A DNA stretch of 63,216 nucleotides, the filler included. It is 9 parts of 9 records of this genome, joined end to end, with 100 filler letters (N's around TTAATTAATTAA, not from the genome) between each part and the next. Parts side by side here need not be neighbours in the genome. Positions count along the whole stretch, not along the records: positions 19,149 to 27,414 come from SRR31147125_67028; positions 27,515 to 33,230 come from SRR31147125_67074; 7 more parts are not named here. One strand, written 5' to 3'. The notes under the pieces were generated by a model that saw only the letters and a program-made list of their open reading frames with translations, ran no database searches and had not been told where the DNA came from. This document shows, piece after piece, positions 21,346-31,449 of this stretch (position 1 is its first letter; every line of letters begins with the position of its first letter). The position numbers were made by a program, and so were the translations under genes.

Positions 21346-23246
21346 ATGAAAGTCGTTTTTTCAAGAAATCTGTATATTATTCTGGCCATTGATATTCTTC
21401 TGTTGTGCCTTTCTTTTTTCGGGGCCCACCTGATCCGGTTCGATTTCAATATCCCGGCCAATATTATGGCCAATCTCGGGCCCCTGGCGCCCTGGGTCGT
21501 GGCTACCAAGCTGGTCTGTTTCCTTTTTTTGATCTATACCGGGGTATGTGGCGTTATACGGACATTACTGATCTGTTTAATGTGGCAAAGGCTGTTACAA
21601 CGGCTACTGTGATCATTGTGGCGGCTATTCTCTACATCAACCGGTTTGAGGGGGTTTCCAGATCTGTTTTTATCATTGACTGGTGTTTCAGCATTATTCT
21701 GGTGGGAATGCTTAGGATCGGCACCAGGGTGGCCTTTGGGAGACTGTCCGATGAAGTGACGTTTAAAGATGTTATAGCAGCCATTTTCAGGGTATTTAAA
21801 AAGACATCTGAAGATAACGCCGTTATCCTGATTATCGGTGCCGGGAGCTGCGGGGAAAAAATCTGCCGTGAAATCAGGGAAGACGGGGACCTAAAATTTA
21901 AGGTGGCGGGATTTTTGGATGATGACCCCAGAAAAATCGGCAGAAAAATCCACGGCGTCCCTGTGCTGGACTCCATTGAAAAAGTCACCCCCATTGCCCA
22001 GTCCATGGGAATTGACGAGATCATTATTGCTATTCCCACGGTGAAATCCCAGCGGATGCGGCAGATTATCTCCCATTGCAATGCCGCCGGTGTCATATTT
22101 AAGACCGTGCCTTCCATGGGGGAACTCATTAACGGAAAGGTCTCCATCAATGCAGTACGGCCGGTTGAATACAGGGATCTTCTGGGGCGCAAACCCGTGG
22201 AGCTGGATACGGAACGGATCGGGGAATACCTGGGCGGGAGGTGTGTCATGGTTACCGGTGCCGGCGGTTCCATCGGCCGGGGGCTTTGCCGGCAGGTCTG
22301 CCGGTATGCGCCCAATGGCATCCTGCTTGTTGAACGGGCCGAAAGCCCCTTGTATGAAATTGATCTTGAATTGAGGAAAGAATTCCCCCATATCCGGATT
22401 ATCCCTTTGCTGGCCGATATCCAGGACATGGCGGAGATGGAAACCATTTTTGATGGATTCCGCCCGGATATTATCTTCCATGCAGCAGCCTATAAACATG
22501 TGCCCATGCTGGAAAACCACCCCTGGAAAGCGGTAAGTAATAATATTGCAGGCACCGAGAACATGGTCTGTCTGGCCCACAAGTTTAACTGCGACCGGTT
22601 TGTCCTGGTATCTACGGATAAGGCGGTGAATCCGGTGAATGTCATGGGGGCAAGCAAGCGCATTGCAGAAATCATCGTGCAGAATCAGAATCGGGGTAGC
22701 AAGGGGACGACCAGATTTCTTATTGTCCGGTTCGGTAATGTTATCGGCAGTGTGGGGTCTGTGATTCCTCTATTTAAAAAACAGATCAAGGAAGGCGGAC
22801 CCGTTACCGTCACCCATCCGGATATGGTGAGGTATTTCATGCTGATCCCCGAGGCCTGCCAGCTCATTCTCCAGGCCGGGGCCATGGGCCGGGGCGGGGA
22901 AATTTTTGTGCTGGAAATGGGAAAACCCGTTCGGATCGACGACATGGCCAGGGATTTGATACGGTTTTCAGGATTTGAACCGGACCATGATATGAAGATC
23001 GAATACACCGGGTTGCGCCCGGGGGAAAAGTTGTTTGAGGAACTCATGACCGAGGATGAGAATATCATCCCCACGGATCATCAAAAAATCATGGTGCTCA
23101 ATTGTAAAAATACAGACCTAAACAATGTGGCCGATGATATCCTGGAATTGAAAGCGGTTTCCAGAGCCCAGGACAGGGCCTTGATTATTGCATTGATTAA
23201 AAAAATCATCCCCGAATTCGCGCCCATGAATGAAAAGGCGAATTAG
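21346..23246 (+). CDS. Nucleoside-diphosphate sugar 4,6-dehydratase (CapD/PglF family); frameshift in T-run near 21525
   Basis: N-terminal TMs, VTGAGGSIG, HAAAYKHVP, STDKAVNP, RFGNV, GLRPGEKL. Confidence 0.93.
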
Positions 23247-23267
23247 GCATAAAACTAAAGATCTGGA

Positions 23268-24263
23268 ATGAAAATGATCATTTTCATACACAGTTTTTTT
23301 GCCGGAGCATTGGGGGCATGGGTGATTCTGAAAACAGGCGCCAGAATCGGTGTCAATGACGTCCCCAACCACAGGAGCTCCCATTCCAGAATCACTCCCA
23401 AAGGCGGCGGAATGGGTATCCTTGTGGCGCTTTTGGTGAATGCTTTCATATTAAAGCTTCCGTTCTGGCTTTGGGTGCCCTGTCTGATTCTTTCTTTGGT
23501 CAGTTTTCTTGGGGACCGCATGGAGATCTCGCCCAAATTGAGGCTGACCATCCAGTTTGGATGCAGTTTCATGTTTTTATCGGGTGGTTTATATGCCGGG
23601 TATTTCATGGCGTTTACCGGCCTTAGCCTGATCCCTTTGGCGGTTTTTTTGACCGGCTCTGCCAATTTTTACAATTTTATGGATGGTATTGACGGCATTG
23701 CCGGCATCTCAGGGGTGGTGGGGTTTTGTCTGATGGGATTTTACAGTCACATACTGGGCGTCTTTTACCCGTGGGGGTGGCTGGCATTGGGGATGGCGTT
23801 TTCCTGTGCCGGTTTTCTGGTCTTCAATTTCCCCAGGGCAAGGGTTTTCATGGGGGATGTGGGCAGTATCCTGTTGGGATTCTGTTTTGCCTGTATGATT
23901 GTTGCTGTGTCTGAAAATTGGGTGGATTTTCTGGTAATGGCCGGGTTTCTGTTTCCTTTTTATGCGGATGAACTGTTTACCATGGTTTTGAGGGCAAAAA
24001 AGAAAGAATCCCTGCTCAAGCCTCACCGCAGGCATGTTTACCAATTGCTGGCCAATGAACTGGGTATTCCCCATTGGAAAATTTCTCTGGGCTACGGAGG
24101 GCTTCAAATCCTGATCGGCCTTTCTCTTATTGGGGCTGGTGCAAAAGGTATCGGATCCGTCCTCCTATCCTTCACCTGCTATGGGCTCATTCTTGGGGGG
24201 CTTTCCATCTGGATCCGTAAAAAGGCAGATTTCCAGCCTGTCTGCCACCGTAAACAGGGCTGA
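23268..24263 (+). CDS. Polyprenyl-phosphate N-acetylhexosamine-1-phosphate transferase (WecA/MraY family)
   Basis: RSSH...TPKGGG, NFYNFMDGIDG, FMGDVGS, PHRRH. Confidence 0.92.
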   Translation: MKMIIFIHSFFAGALGAWVILKTGARIGVNDVPNHRSSHSRITPKGGGMGILVALLVNAFILKLPFWLWVPCLILSLVSFLGDRMEISPKLRLTIQFGCSFMFLSGGLYAGYFMAFTGLSLIPLAVFLTGSANFYNFMDGIDGIAGISGVVGFCLMGFYSHILGVFYPWGWLALGMAFSCAGFLVFNFPRARVFMGDVGSILLGFCFACMIVAVSENWVDFLVMAGFLFPFYADELFTMVLRAKKKESLLKPHRRHVYQLLANELGIPHWKISLGYGGLQILIGLSLIGAGAKGIGSVLLSFTCYGLILGGLSIWIRKKADFQPVCHRKQG

Positions 24264-24512
24264 TTTGTTTTTCTTTTTTTCGATTTCATCATTCGGGAAA
24301 TCTTCGTTGATTTTTCCCCAAAAAGATCGTAAAGTATATGGCATCTGTTTCAAATTATTCTTTACCATCGCCCTGATGTCTGTCCCGTATCTTAAGGCGA
24401 CTTCCTTTTTCTGATCTTCTGTATTATTTCTGAATTCATTTGGTGTTCCCTGTCGCGTGGGGCGGACTGTCAGGAAAAAAATCCGTATGAATTATTGCAG
24501 CAGGGAGGGATT

Positions 24513-25799
24513 ATGGGCCCCATTAGACTCGATCACCTGGGCGGGGAAAAATGTGTCACAGGTTCCTGCCATCTGGTGCGGTTTTCAGGTGCAGGCAAAA
24601 GGGAAGTGAATATCCTGGTGGATTGCGGTAAGGCACAGGGCGGGGATCCGGAACTGCCCTTTTCGTCATTTCCCGTCCCTCCTGAGGGGATTGACTATCT
24701 TTTTTTGACCCATGCGCACATTGACCATATCGGCCGGGTGCCGGATCTTATTGATGCAGGCTTTGAAGGGGAAATTATCTGCACCCATCCCACCAAAGCG
24801 CTTCTGGGGCCAATGCTCAAAGACGCGCTCTCATTTACCGGCCGGAATAAGGCCAGGGTGGGGCGGCTTGAGCAGAAGATCGATTTTCTGTCCTGGGGAT
24901 TTGAATATGGCCGGGAGTTTTCCCTCAAACATGGTATCCGGTTTAAACTTGGCAATGCCGGGCACATACTGGGATCTTCCTTTATCCGGTTCGGTTTTCC
25001 CCACCCGGGGCCAAACGGCGAATTTACCGTTCTATTTTCCGGAGACCTCGGCTGTAAAGATACGCCGATCCTGCCTGATCCGGAGGTTCCTGAATCCTGT
25101 GATCTGCTGATTCTTGAATCCACCTATGGGGACAGGCTCCATGGAGATCGGAAACAGCGGATAAAGATGCTTGAAAACTGCATTGAAAAGGCCTTGATGG
25201 ACGGCGGCCTTATTTATATTCCGGCGTTTTCCCTGGGGCGCACCCAGGAACTGATTTATGAACTGGACAGGATCGGTATCCCGGTCCCTGTATTTATCGA
25301 TTCTCCCCTGGGCCTTGAAATTACCCGGATATATGCAGATATGGACGCATTCTGGGATCAGGAGGCAAAGGGACTGAAGGCCGTGGGGGACCATCCTGTT
25401 GATTTTAAAAATCTGTATTCAGTGGAGCGGTTCAGGGATCACAAGCGGCTTATGGAATTCCAGGGACCGGCTATAATCATTGCCGGCAGCGGCATGTGCA
25501 CAGGGGGGCGGATTGTGGACCATCTTGAACACGGCCTTGATGACCCTAAAAATGATATTGTTTTTGTGGGATACCAGGCTAAAAGGACATTGGGCCGCCG
25601 TATCCTTGAAAAACGGGTGCCGGTCAGGGCAAGGGTCCATACCTTGTCCGGATATTCGGCCCATGCCGACCAGGCGACCCTTGTTGATTGGGTGAAATCC
25701 ATGGATGAACCGCCCGGACAAATCCGGCTGGTGCATGGTGAAGCCCATGCCAGAAAGGCCCTTGCCGCAGTCTTTGGATTAAAAAACATTAGATATTGA
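24513..25799 (+). CDS. MBL-fold beta-CASP RNA-metabolising nuclease
   Basis: THAHIDHIG, AGHILGS, FSGDLG, ESTYG, GSGMCTGG, YSAHAD, VHGE. Confidence 0.9.
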   Translation: MGPIRLDHLGGEKCVTGSCHLVRFSGAGKREVNILVDCGKAQGGDPELPFSSFPVPPEGIDYLFLTHAHIDHIGRVPDLIDAGFEGEIICTHPTKALLGPMLKDALSFTGRNKARVGRLEQKIDFLSWGFEYGREFSLKHGIRFKLGNAGHILGSSFIRFGFPHPGPNGEFTVLFSGDLGCKDTPILPDPEVPESCDLLILESTYGDRLHGDRKQRIKMLENCIEKALMDGGLIYIPAFSLGRTQELIYELDRIGIPVPVFIDSPLGLEITRIYADMDAFWDQEAKGLKAVGDHPVDFKNLYSVERFRDHKRLMEFQGPAIIIAGSGMCTGGRIVDHLEHGLDDPKNDIVFVGYQAKRTLGRRILEKRVPVRARVHTLSGYSAHADQATLVDWVKSMDEPPGQIRLVHGEAHARKALAAVFGLKNIRY

Positions 25800-25983
25800 A
25801 TTTTCAGAAAAAAGATTGTAAAGTTAGTGGTGTCTGATTCAATCGTATTTATAATGATCAAGTTTCTATCTATCAATTAACACCAATTTTCTGACAATCT
25901 TCAGCCTCTCCGGGTATGCCTTGATTCGTTTCTGGAATCAGATGCCGTTTTATTTATTATTATTCATGAATAAAGGAGGAGAC

Positions 25984-26264
25984 ATGAAAGAAACAAAAAA
26001 ACTATTGGTTTTGATTGTTGCCGGTCTTTTTTCGGCCTTTGCCTTGCCGGGCCACTTGCTGCCCAAGGAAAAGTGAATATTAATACGGACCCAATTGAAA
26101 CCCTTGTAACCTTAAAATACGTGGGTGAAAAGCTTGCAGGGCGGATTGTTGAGTATCGTCAGGCCACCCCCTTTAAAACGCCTGCAGATATTATGAAGGT
26201 AAAAGGGATAGGGCAAAAGATTTTTGATGCCAATAAAGACAGGATCATTGTCAAAGGCGGATAA
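25984..26264 (+). CDS. comEA: ComEA-like helix-hairpin-helix DNA-binding protein; frameshift near 26050-26060
   Basis: AAGGAGG RBS, signal peptide, KVNINT...VGEKLAGRIVEYR...KVKGIG. Confidence 0.8.
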
Positions 26265-26427
26265 CCCCCGAATATCTTGACTATGATATCCCGGGCTGAA
26301 AGTCTTTGCTTGATCTAGGGGATTTTGGTATTAATATTGATTACCATGCTGTGCTTTTTCGGCATGGTAATTTTTTTAGGAAACGAGTCATAGTATAACT
26401 ATAACATTAAGGGGCGTTTGATTGGAG

Positions 26428-27185
26428 ATGATAAAGGACTATCGCAGAAGGTCTTTCCGGGTGATTACCCTGATGGCGGTATTGGGTGCAGCGGCTTTGG
26501 GAGCAGGTATATATTTCGGCGGCAATTGGGCGATTCCCCTGGTAACTGCCTGGCAGGGACAGGAAATCCTCATAGAGAAAATCGCCTTTGGCCTTGAATG
26601 GGCCTCCCGTTTGATGGGCCACTTTTATGATTGGGTGATTCCGGCCTGCTTAGGGTTATGCCTGATTCTCGGGTGGGTGTTCTGGGGCATTCTGGCCCTT
26701 GCCATGGCGCCGATTTTTAAAAATAAAGACGCTTTAACGGAAAAGGGCAGAACCGAGACTCCCAGGAAAAAGACTTTGTCGATCATAAGATCGAACAGGA
26801 ACGACGGCGGCGGCTCTTTCTTCATACCCTTTCCGTACTCCAGCGTGAAGGCCGGCTTCTTGATTTTTTTGATGAAGATTTGAACGCTTACAATGATGAG
26901 CAGATCGGCGCGGCGGTCCGGAGTATCCAGGAAGACTGCAAAAAGGCCGTAAAAAAATATATTGATCCCAAGCCGGTTGTTGATGGTGAAGAAGGCGAAT
27001 CCATAACCATTGAGGATGGTTTTGATATAGATGCTGTCAAATTGGTGGGAAATGTATCCGGGCACCCGCCGTTTAACGGGATCATCAAACACCCGGGGTG
27101 GAAGGCCGGTAAAAAGGATGTGCCCAAACTATCCGATATCCAGGATCCGGGGATCATCACACCTGCTGAGGTTGAAATACAATAA
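26428..27185 (+). CDS. DUF2760 domain membrane protein; frameshift in A-run near 26767-26771
   Basis: Two N-terminal TMs, then LQREGRLLDFFDEDL...DEQIGAAVR...HPGW...PAEVEI. Confidence 0.85.
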
Positions 27186-27206
27186 TCAGGACGTACAGGA
27201 GTTGTT

Positions 27207-27414
27207 TTGGATTTTCAGGACAAACATTATGTAATCGGCATTGATCTGGGGACCACAAATTCCGCGGTATCCTATGTGGATGTGGCAGCCTTGAAAAAGG
27301 GGATGGAAGAGACCCGGGAAACACCGGATAAGGATAAGGTGATCAAGGTATTTAACATCCCCCAGCTCACAGGCCATGGGGAGTTTACCCAAATACCGGT
27401 GCTGCCCTCCTTTT
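27207..27414 (+). CDS. Hsp70/DnaK-related protein, N-terminal fragment
   Basis: IGIDLGTTNSAVSY...IPQLT...LPSF. Confidence 0.85.
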
Positions 27415-27514
27415 NNNNNNNNNNNNNNNNNNNNNNNNNNNNNNNNNNNNNNNNNNNNTTAATTAATTAANNNNNNNNNNNNNNNNNNNNNNNNNNNNNN
27501 NNNNNNNNNNNNNN

Positions 27515-27570
27515 CCGGTGAATATCTGTCCAGGTACTTAACCCCAATTTCATCATCCCCAAATATATGA
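27515..27570 (+). CDS. C-terminal end of an upstream gene cut by the contig edge (GEYLSRYLTPISSSPNI*)
   Basis: Only frame open from the edge up to TGA 27568-27570, 29 nt before the next ATG; identity uncertain. Confidence 0.35.
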
Positions 27571-27599
27571 GAGTCAGTCGACAATAAGGAAACGAAAAA

Positions 27600-28609
27600 A
27601 TGGAAGTGGCGTGGCATGTGGCGAACACCATGGCAGAGGAAGATTTCAATGACTTCCCTAAAAATCTTCGATTTGCCTATCACGGGATTGATGAAGTTAA
27701 CAATGCCCAATCCTACCAAGCCGGCACTAGGCTAACGGTCAAACAAAAAGAGTGCCCTGACAGACTCTACGTGGGGGATGAATTTTGTAGATTCAGGCTA
27801 CCGAGTCCCAAGCCGTTTTCCACCCTTTTGGAATTGGCCGATGATGCCGGGATTCCTCTCACATTCATGACTCCTGTTCTGACCGATCAGGGCATTGCGC
27901 GTTGCGTGTCGCTGTTTGATTGCTTGCAGGACAGGAACCCATCGTCAGAAGTGGTGGTGAATGACCTGGGGGTATTGGTCTATCTAAAAACACATTATCC
28001 CGGTTTCAAGCTCTCCATGGGGCGATTGTTCAATAAAGGGTTTAAAGATCCCCGTCTAACCCTTCGTGGAAAAAAGTGTCCCATCGGAGTAAGGACATCC
28101 TGACCGCCGCCACTTTTGACCAGGAACATTTCCAGCAGTTGGCTCGCTCCCTCGGCATCCATCGGCTTGAACGGGATCTGCTGCCCTTTGAAACGCCTGA
28201 AGCCTTCCCTTCCGATATCGATTCCGATTTCGGTGGCGGTATTGATGCGTTACCCCCAACGTACTCTCAATTGAAATTGAGGGGAAACATCTCCATTTAT
28301 CTCCCCTTTGGATATGTCACCACAGGTAGAGCCTGCTTTTCAGCCGGTCTGAATGGAGAACCGGGAAAGCGATTTGCCTTTAACGCGCCCTGCTCGTCTC
28401 CCTGCCGAGATCAAGGCCTCAAACTGAGCCGTCCTGAGCGGCCTGATGCCCTGTTTCAAAGCGGTAACACCATTTTTTATCGGTACACCGACGATCGCAT
28501 CCAAGCGCTTTTAAATCAGGCGACTGACAGTAATGATGATCATGATATCCGTCTGGTCCTTCAGGGAGGAATTTCTCATCATTCATACTCAACGGGTAGA
28601 AATGAGTGA
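27600..28609 (+). CDS. U32-family protein, UbiV-like subunit; frameshift in A-run near 28070-28075
   Basis: DRLYVGDEFCRFR, LTFMTPVL, VVVNDLGVL, GRLFNKGFKDPR, YVTTGRACF...APCSSPC, QSGNTIF; four Cys spaced like the UbiV Fe-S ligands. Confidence 0.75.
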
Positions 28610-28628
28610 GAGGAAAGGAACAGGAATT

Positions 28629-29711
28629 ATGATGAATATCGTGACCCCCATCAGCTCTCCATCGGAATTGGAGATGCTTCTCCATAACGGCGCGGATGAG
28701 CTCTATTGCGGCTTGAAGACGCCTGAATGGGACGAAATTTTCGGACAGGGCTTCTGGATGAACAGACGGAGTCCGGACCAAGCCAATCTTCGCTCGTTTG
28801 ACGAACTTGAAACCATTGTATCGGAAGCCCAAAAGCATCAGGTGACGGTCAGTATCACCCTGAATGCCCCTTTTTATCCTGAAAAGGGCATGACCTATCT
28901 TCTAACGCTTTGCAAACAACTGGCAGACATGGACGTCCATGCCGTGATCGTGTCGGATTTGAACCTTCTTTCGGCCCTTTCCCATCTGAATCTGCCCATC
29001 CGAATTCACCTGAGCAGCCTGGGAAGCTGTTTCAACTCCCACGCTGTTGATTTTTACCGATCCTTGGGTGTCCGGCGCATCATCCTGCCCCGTCAACTCA
29101 CGCCACCTGAAATCCGCGCCATTGCCCTTCCCCATGCAGAGACCATGGAGTTCGAGGTGTTTGCCCTGAATGACGGATGCTATTTTGAAGAGGGATTTTG
29201 CCAGACCAGCCATGCGTTGGGCCCATTCTGCCTCACCGACTGGAACATGGAACCCATCATGAACTCCGGAAGCGGTTTCAGGAGACCCATGACAAGACTC
29301 GACGGAAAAAGCCTCTCTACCCCGGTCAAAAACCAACCGGAAGCGCCCGAAAAAATCGAAGGGATCGACCAATGGTCCAAAAATCTGGACAAACGAAAGG
29401 CCCATTTCAAGGAATACCTCTGGTTCCAAAACAACTGCGGCTCAAGTTTCCAGCAAAACGGGCTGCCCAATGGCCCTTGCAGCCTTTGTCTGTTTGGAGA
29501 GTTCAAGGAGTGGGGCGTCACCGCATTGAAAATCGTTGGACGGGAAGCATCATTTCACCGAAAAATGGGAAGTCTTCAACTGGTGAAGGCCGTCCGAGAC
29601 AAAACTGATCAATGGCCAACAAAAGAGAGAATCAAAACCTATGCAAGAGAGCTTCGCCAGACCCCTGAAAAGTGTGACTCAGGATATATGTGCTACTTCA
29701 GAGATGCATAA
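28629..29711 (+). CDS. U32-family Fe-S protein, UbiU/TrhP-like subunit (start may be 28602)
   Basis: GADELYCG, AVIVSD, IHLSSLG, RIILPRQL, EVFALNDGCYFEEGFC...GPFC, CSLC, LKIVGR. Confidence 0.88.
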   Translation: MMNIVTPISSPSELEMLLHNGADELYCGLKTPEWDEIFGQGFWMNRRSPDQANLRSFDELETIVSEAQKHQVTVSITLNAPFYPEKGMTYLLTLCKQLADMDVHAVIVSDLNLLSALSHLNLPIRIHLSSLGSCFNSHAVDFYRSLGVRRIILPRQLTPPEIRAIALPHAETMEFEVFALNDGCYFEEGFCQTSHALGPFCLTDWNMEPIMNSGSGFRRPMTRLDGKSLSTPVKNQPEAPEKIEGIDQWSKNLDKRKAHFKEYLWFQNNCGSSFQQNGLPNGPCSLCLFGEFKEWGVTALKIVGREASFHRKMGSLQLVKAVRDKTDQWPTKERIKTYARELRQTPEKCDSGYMCYFRDA

Positions 29712-31449
29712 AAAAACACATAAAGAGCCGTCGTTATTCAATCAAATCAAATATCTCAAAACCTATCTGGCACCCCATAAGCGCGTCCTCATCATCTCAT
29801 TTACCTTGAGTGCCTTGAGCACCGGACTTGGGATGGTTCAACCCTATTTTGCAAAAATTCTCATTGACGGCGTATTTTTGGAAAATCAGCCGCAACTGCT
29901 GTTTCCCATTTTGGGGGCACTGATTGCGCTGCTTCTGGTCGGTTTTGTGATCAGGGTCGGGAATCGCTATATCTACACCAAGTATTCGGCAACCATTCTG
30001 TTTACCATGCGGGAAGCACTGTTCGCCCATCTCCAGAAGATTCCGCTGACCTATTTTTCAAGAAACAAAATTGGGGACATCTACTCCCGGATCGCCTCGG
30101 ATATGGCGGATATCCAGGCCCTTGTCACCGACATCTTTCCCAAATACCTGTTCGATGCCCTGACGTTTCTCATCACCGCGCTGATCCTGTTCTGGCTCAA
30201 CTGGCAGATGGCGATCCTCAGTCTTTTGTTTCTTCCGGTGGCGCTGTGGGTGGTTCAAAAACTGAAACCCAAACTCTTCTCCCTCTCCGAAGAGATGGCC
30301 AAACACAATGCGGACATTGCCCATTTTCTATTTGAAGCCCTCTCCAACACGGCCATCATCCGGGCCTTTGGTGCGGAAAAAACCGAAGTTGAAAAACTGA
30401 ATGAAAAGCAATCCGGAATTTTGACCTTTCTTCTGAAATATCAAATCCTGGGCGCCATTTCAGGATCCGTTCCCATGGGATTTTCCATTTTCAACACCCT
30501 GGTGGTCTACGGATTTGGGGGCTGGCAGGTGCTGAACGGCCGGTTGACCATCGGAACGTTGGTGGCGTTCTCCGTCTATCAGGCCAGGGTATTTGCCCCG
30601 CTTCAGGGACTACTGGATGGAGTGCTTGCCGTTCAAAAATCCAAAGTGGCCCTCAAACGGGTCAGAGAGATTCTGGATATTCCACCCGGCTCCGATGCGT
30701 CCGGAGATCGTATGTTATCCGATAATGAAATGGCCCAGGATCTTATTGTCGATACCATCACGTTTTCCTATGACAATGCCCACACCGTGCAAAATAGCCG
30801 CAATGTGTTGGATTCCATCTCATTTTCCATCCCCCAGGGAAAGACAACTGCCATTGTGGGAGAGAGCGGTATCGGCAAAACCACCCTGTGTCACTTGCTG
30901 CTCAGACTCTACACACCCAATGCAGGGGGTATTCAATGGGCCGGCATCGACATTCGGGATCTGGATAAAACCTGGTTCAGAAATCAGGTGGCGGTAGTGT
31001 CCCAGGAGACCTTCCTGTTTCACACCTCCATATTGGAAAACATCCGCTTTTTCAAACCCGATGCCGATATCGAAACGGTGAAATCCGCTGCAAAGGCCGC
31101 CCAACTGGACGGCTTCATTGGTTCCCTGCCAAACGGTTACGACACCGTGATCGGAGACAGGGGGACCAAACTCTCCGGCGGGCAGAAACAGCGTCTCAGC
31201 ATTGCCAGGGCCATATTGATCGACCCCAAAATTCTGATCCTGGACGAAGCCACCGCCTTTCTGGACAACAAAGTGGAAATTGAAATCAAAAAAACACTGG
31301 AAAAATGGATGACGGGAAAAACCATTATCCAGGTCAGCCATAGGGACAGTACCATCGATCAGGCAGACAAGATGATTGTGCTCGGAAGAGAAGGCGTCAT
31401 TTACGAAGGATCGGTAAAGGCGAAAGAGAGAGTGAGTCGGAAAAAATGA
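29704..31449 (+). CDS. ABC exporter, fused TMD-NBD (no C39 peptidase domain)
   Basis: Six-TM domain, GESGIGKT, LSGGQKQR, ILDEAT; start overlaps the U32 stop. Confidence 0.93.
   Translation: MHKKTHKEPSLFNQIKYLKTYLAPHKRVLIISFTLSALSTGLGMVQPYFAKILIDGVFLENQPQLLFPILGALIALLLVGFVIRVGNRYIYTKYSATILFTMREALFAHLQKIPLTYFSRNKIGDIYSRIASDMADIQALVTDIFPKYLFDALTFLITALILFWLNWQMAILSLLFLPVALWVVQKLKPKLFSLSEEMAKHNADIAHFLFEALSNTAIIRAFGAEKTEVEKLNEKQSGILTFLLKYQILGAISGSVPMGFSIFNTLVVYGFGGWQVLNGRLTIGTLVAFSVYQARVFAPLQGLLDGVLAVQKSKVALKRVREILDIPPGSDASGDRMLSDNEMAQDLIVDTITFSYDNAHTVQNSRNVLDSISFSIPQGKTTAIVGESGIGKTTLCHLLLRLYTPNAGGIQWAGIDIRDLDKTWFRNQVAVVSQETFLFHTSILENIRFFKPDADIETVKSAAKAAQLDGFIGSLPNGYDTVIGDRGTKLSGGQKQRLSIARAILIDPKILILDEATAFLDNKVEIEIKKTLEKWMTGKTIIQVSHRDSTIDQADKMIVLGREGVIYEGSVKAKERVSRKK

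Noticed and set aside
27600-29711. Calling the U32 pair ubiV/ubiU, collagenases or tRNA/rRNA hydroxylases
   Set aside because: The sequences are divergent, no ubi or RNA-modification neighbours are visible, and the context is a peptidase plus exporter. No gene symbol assigned.
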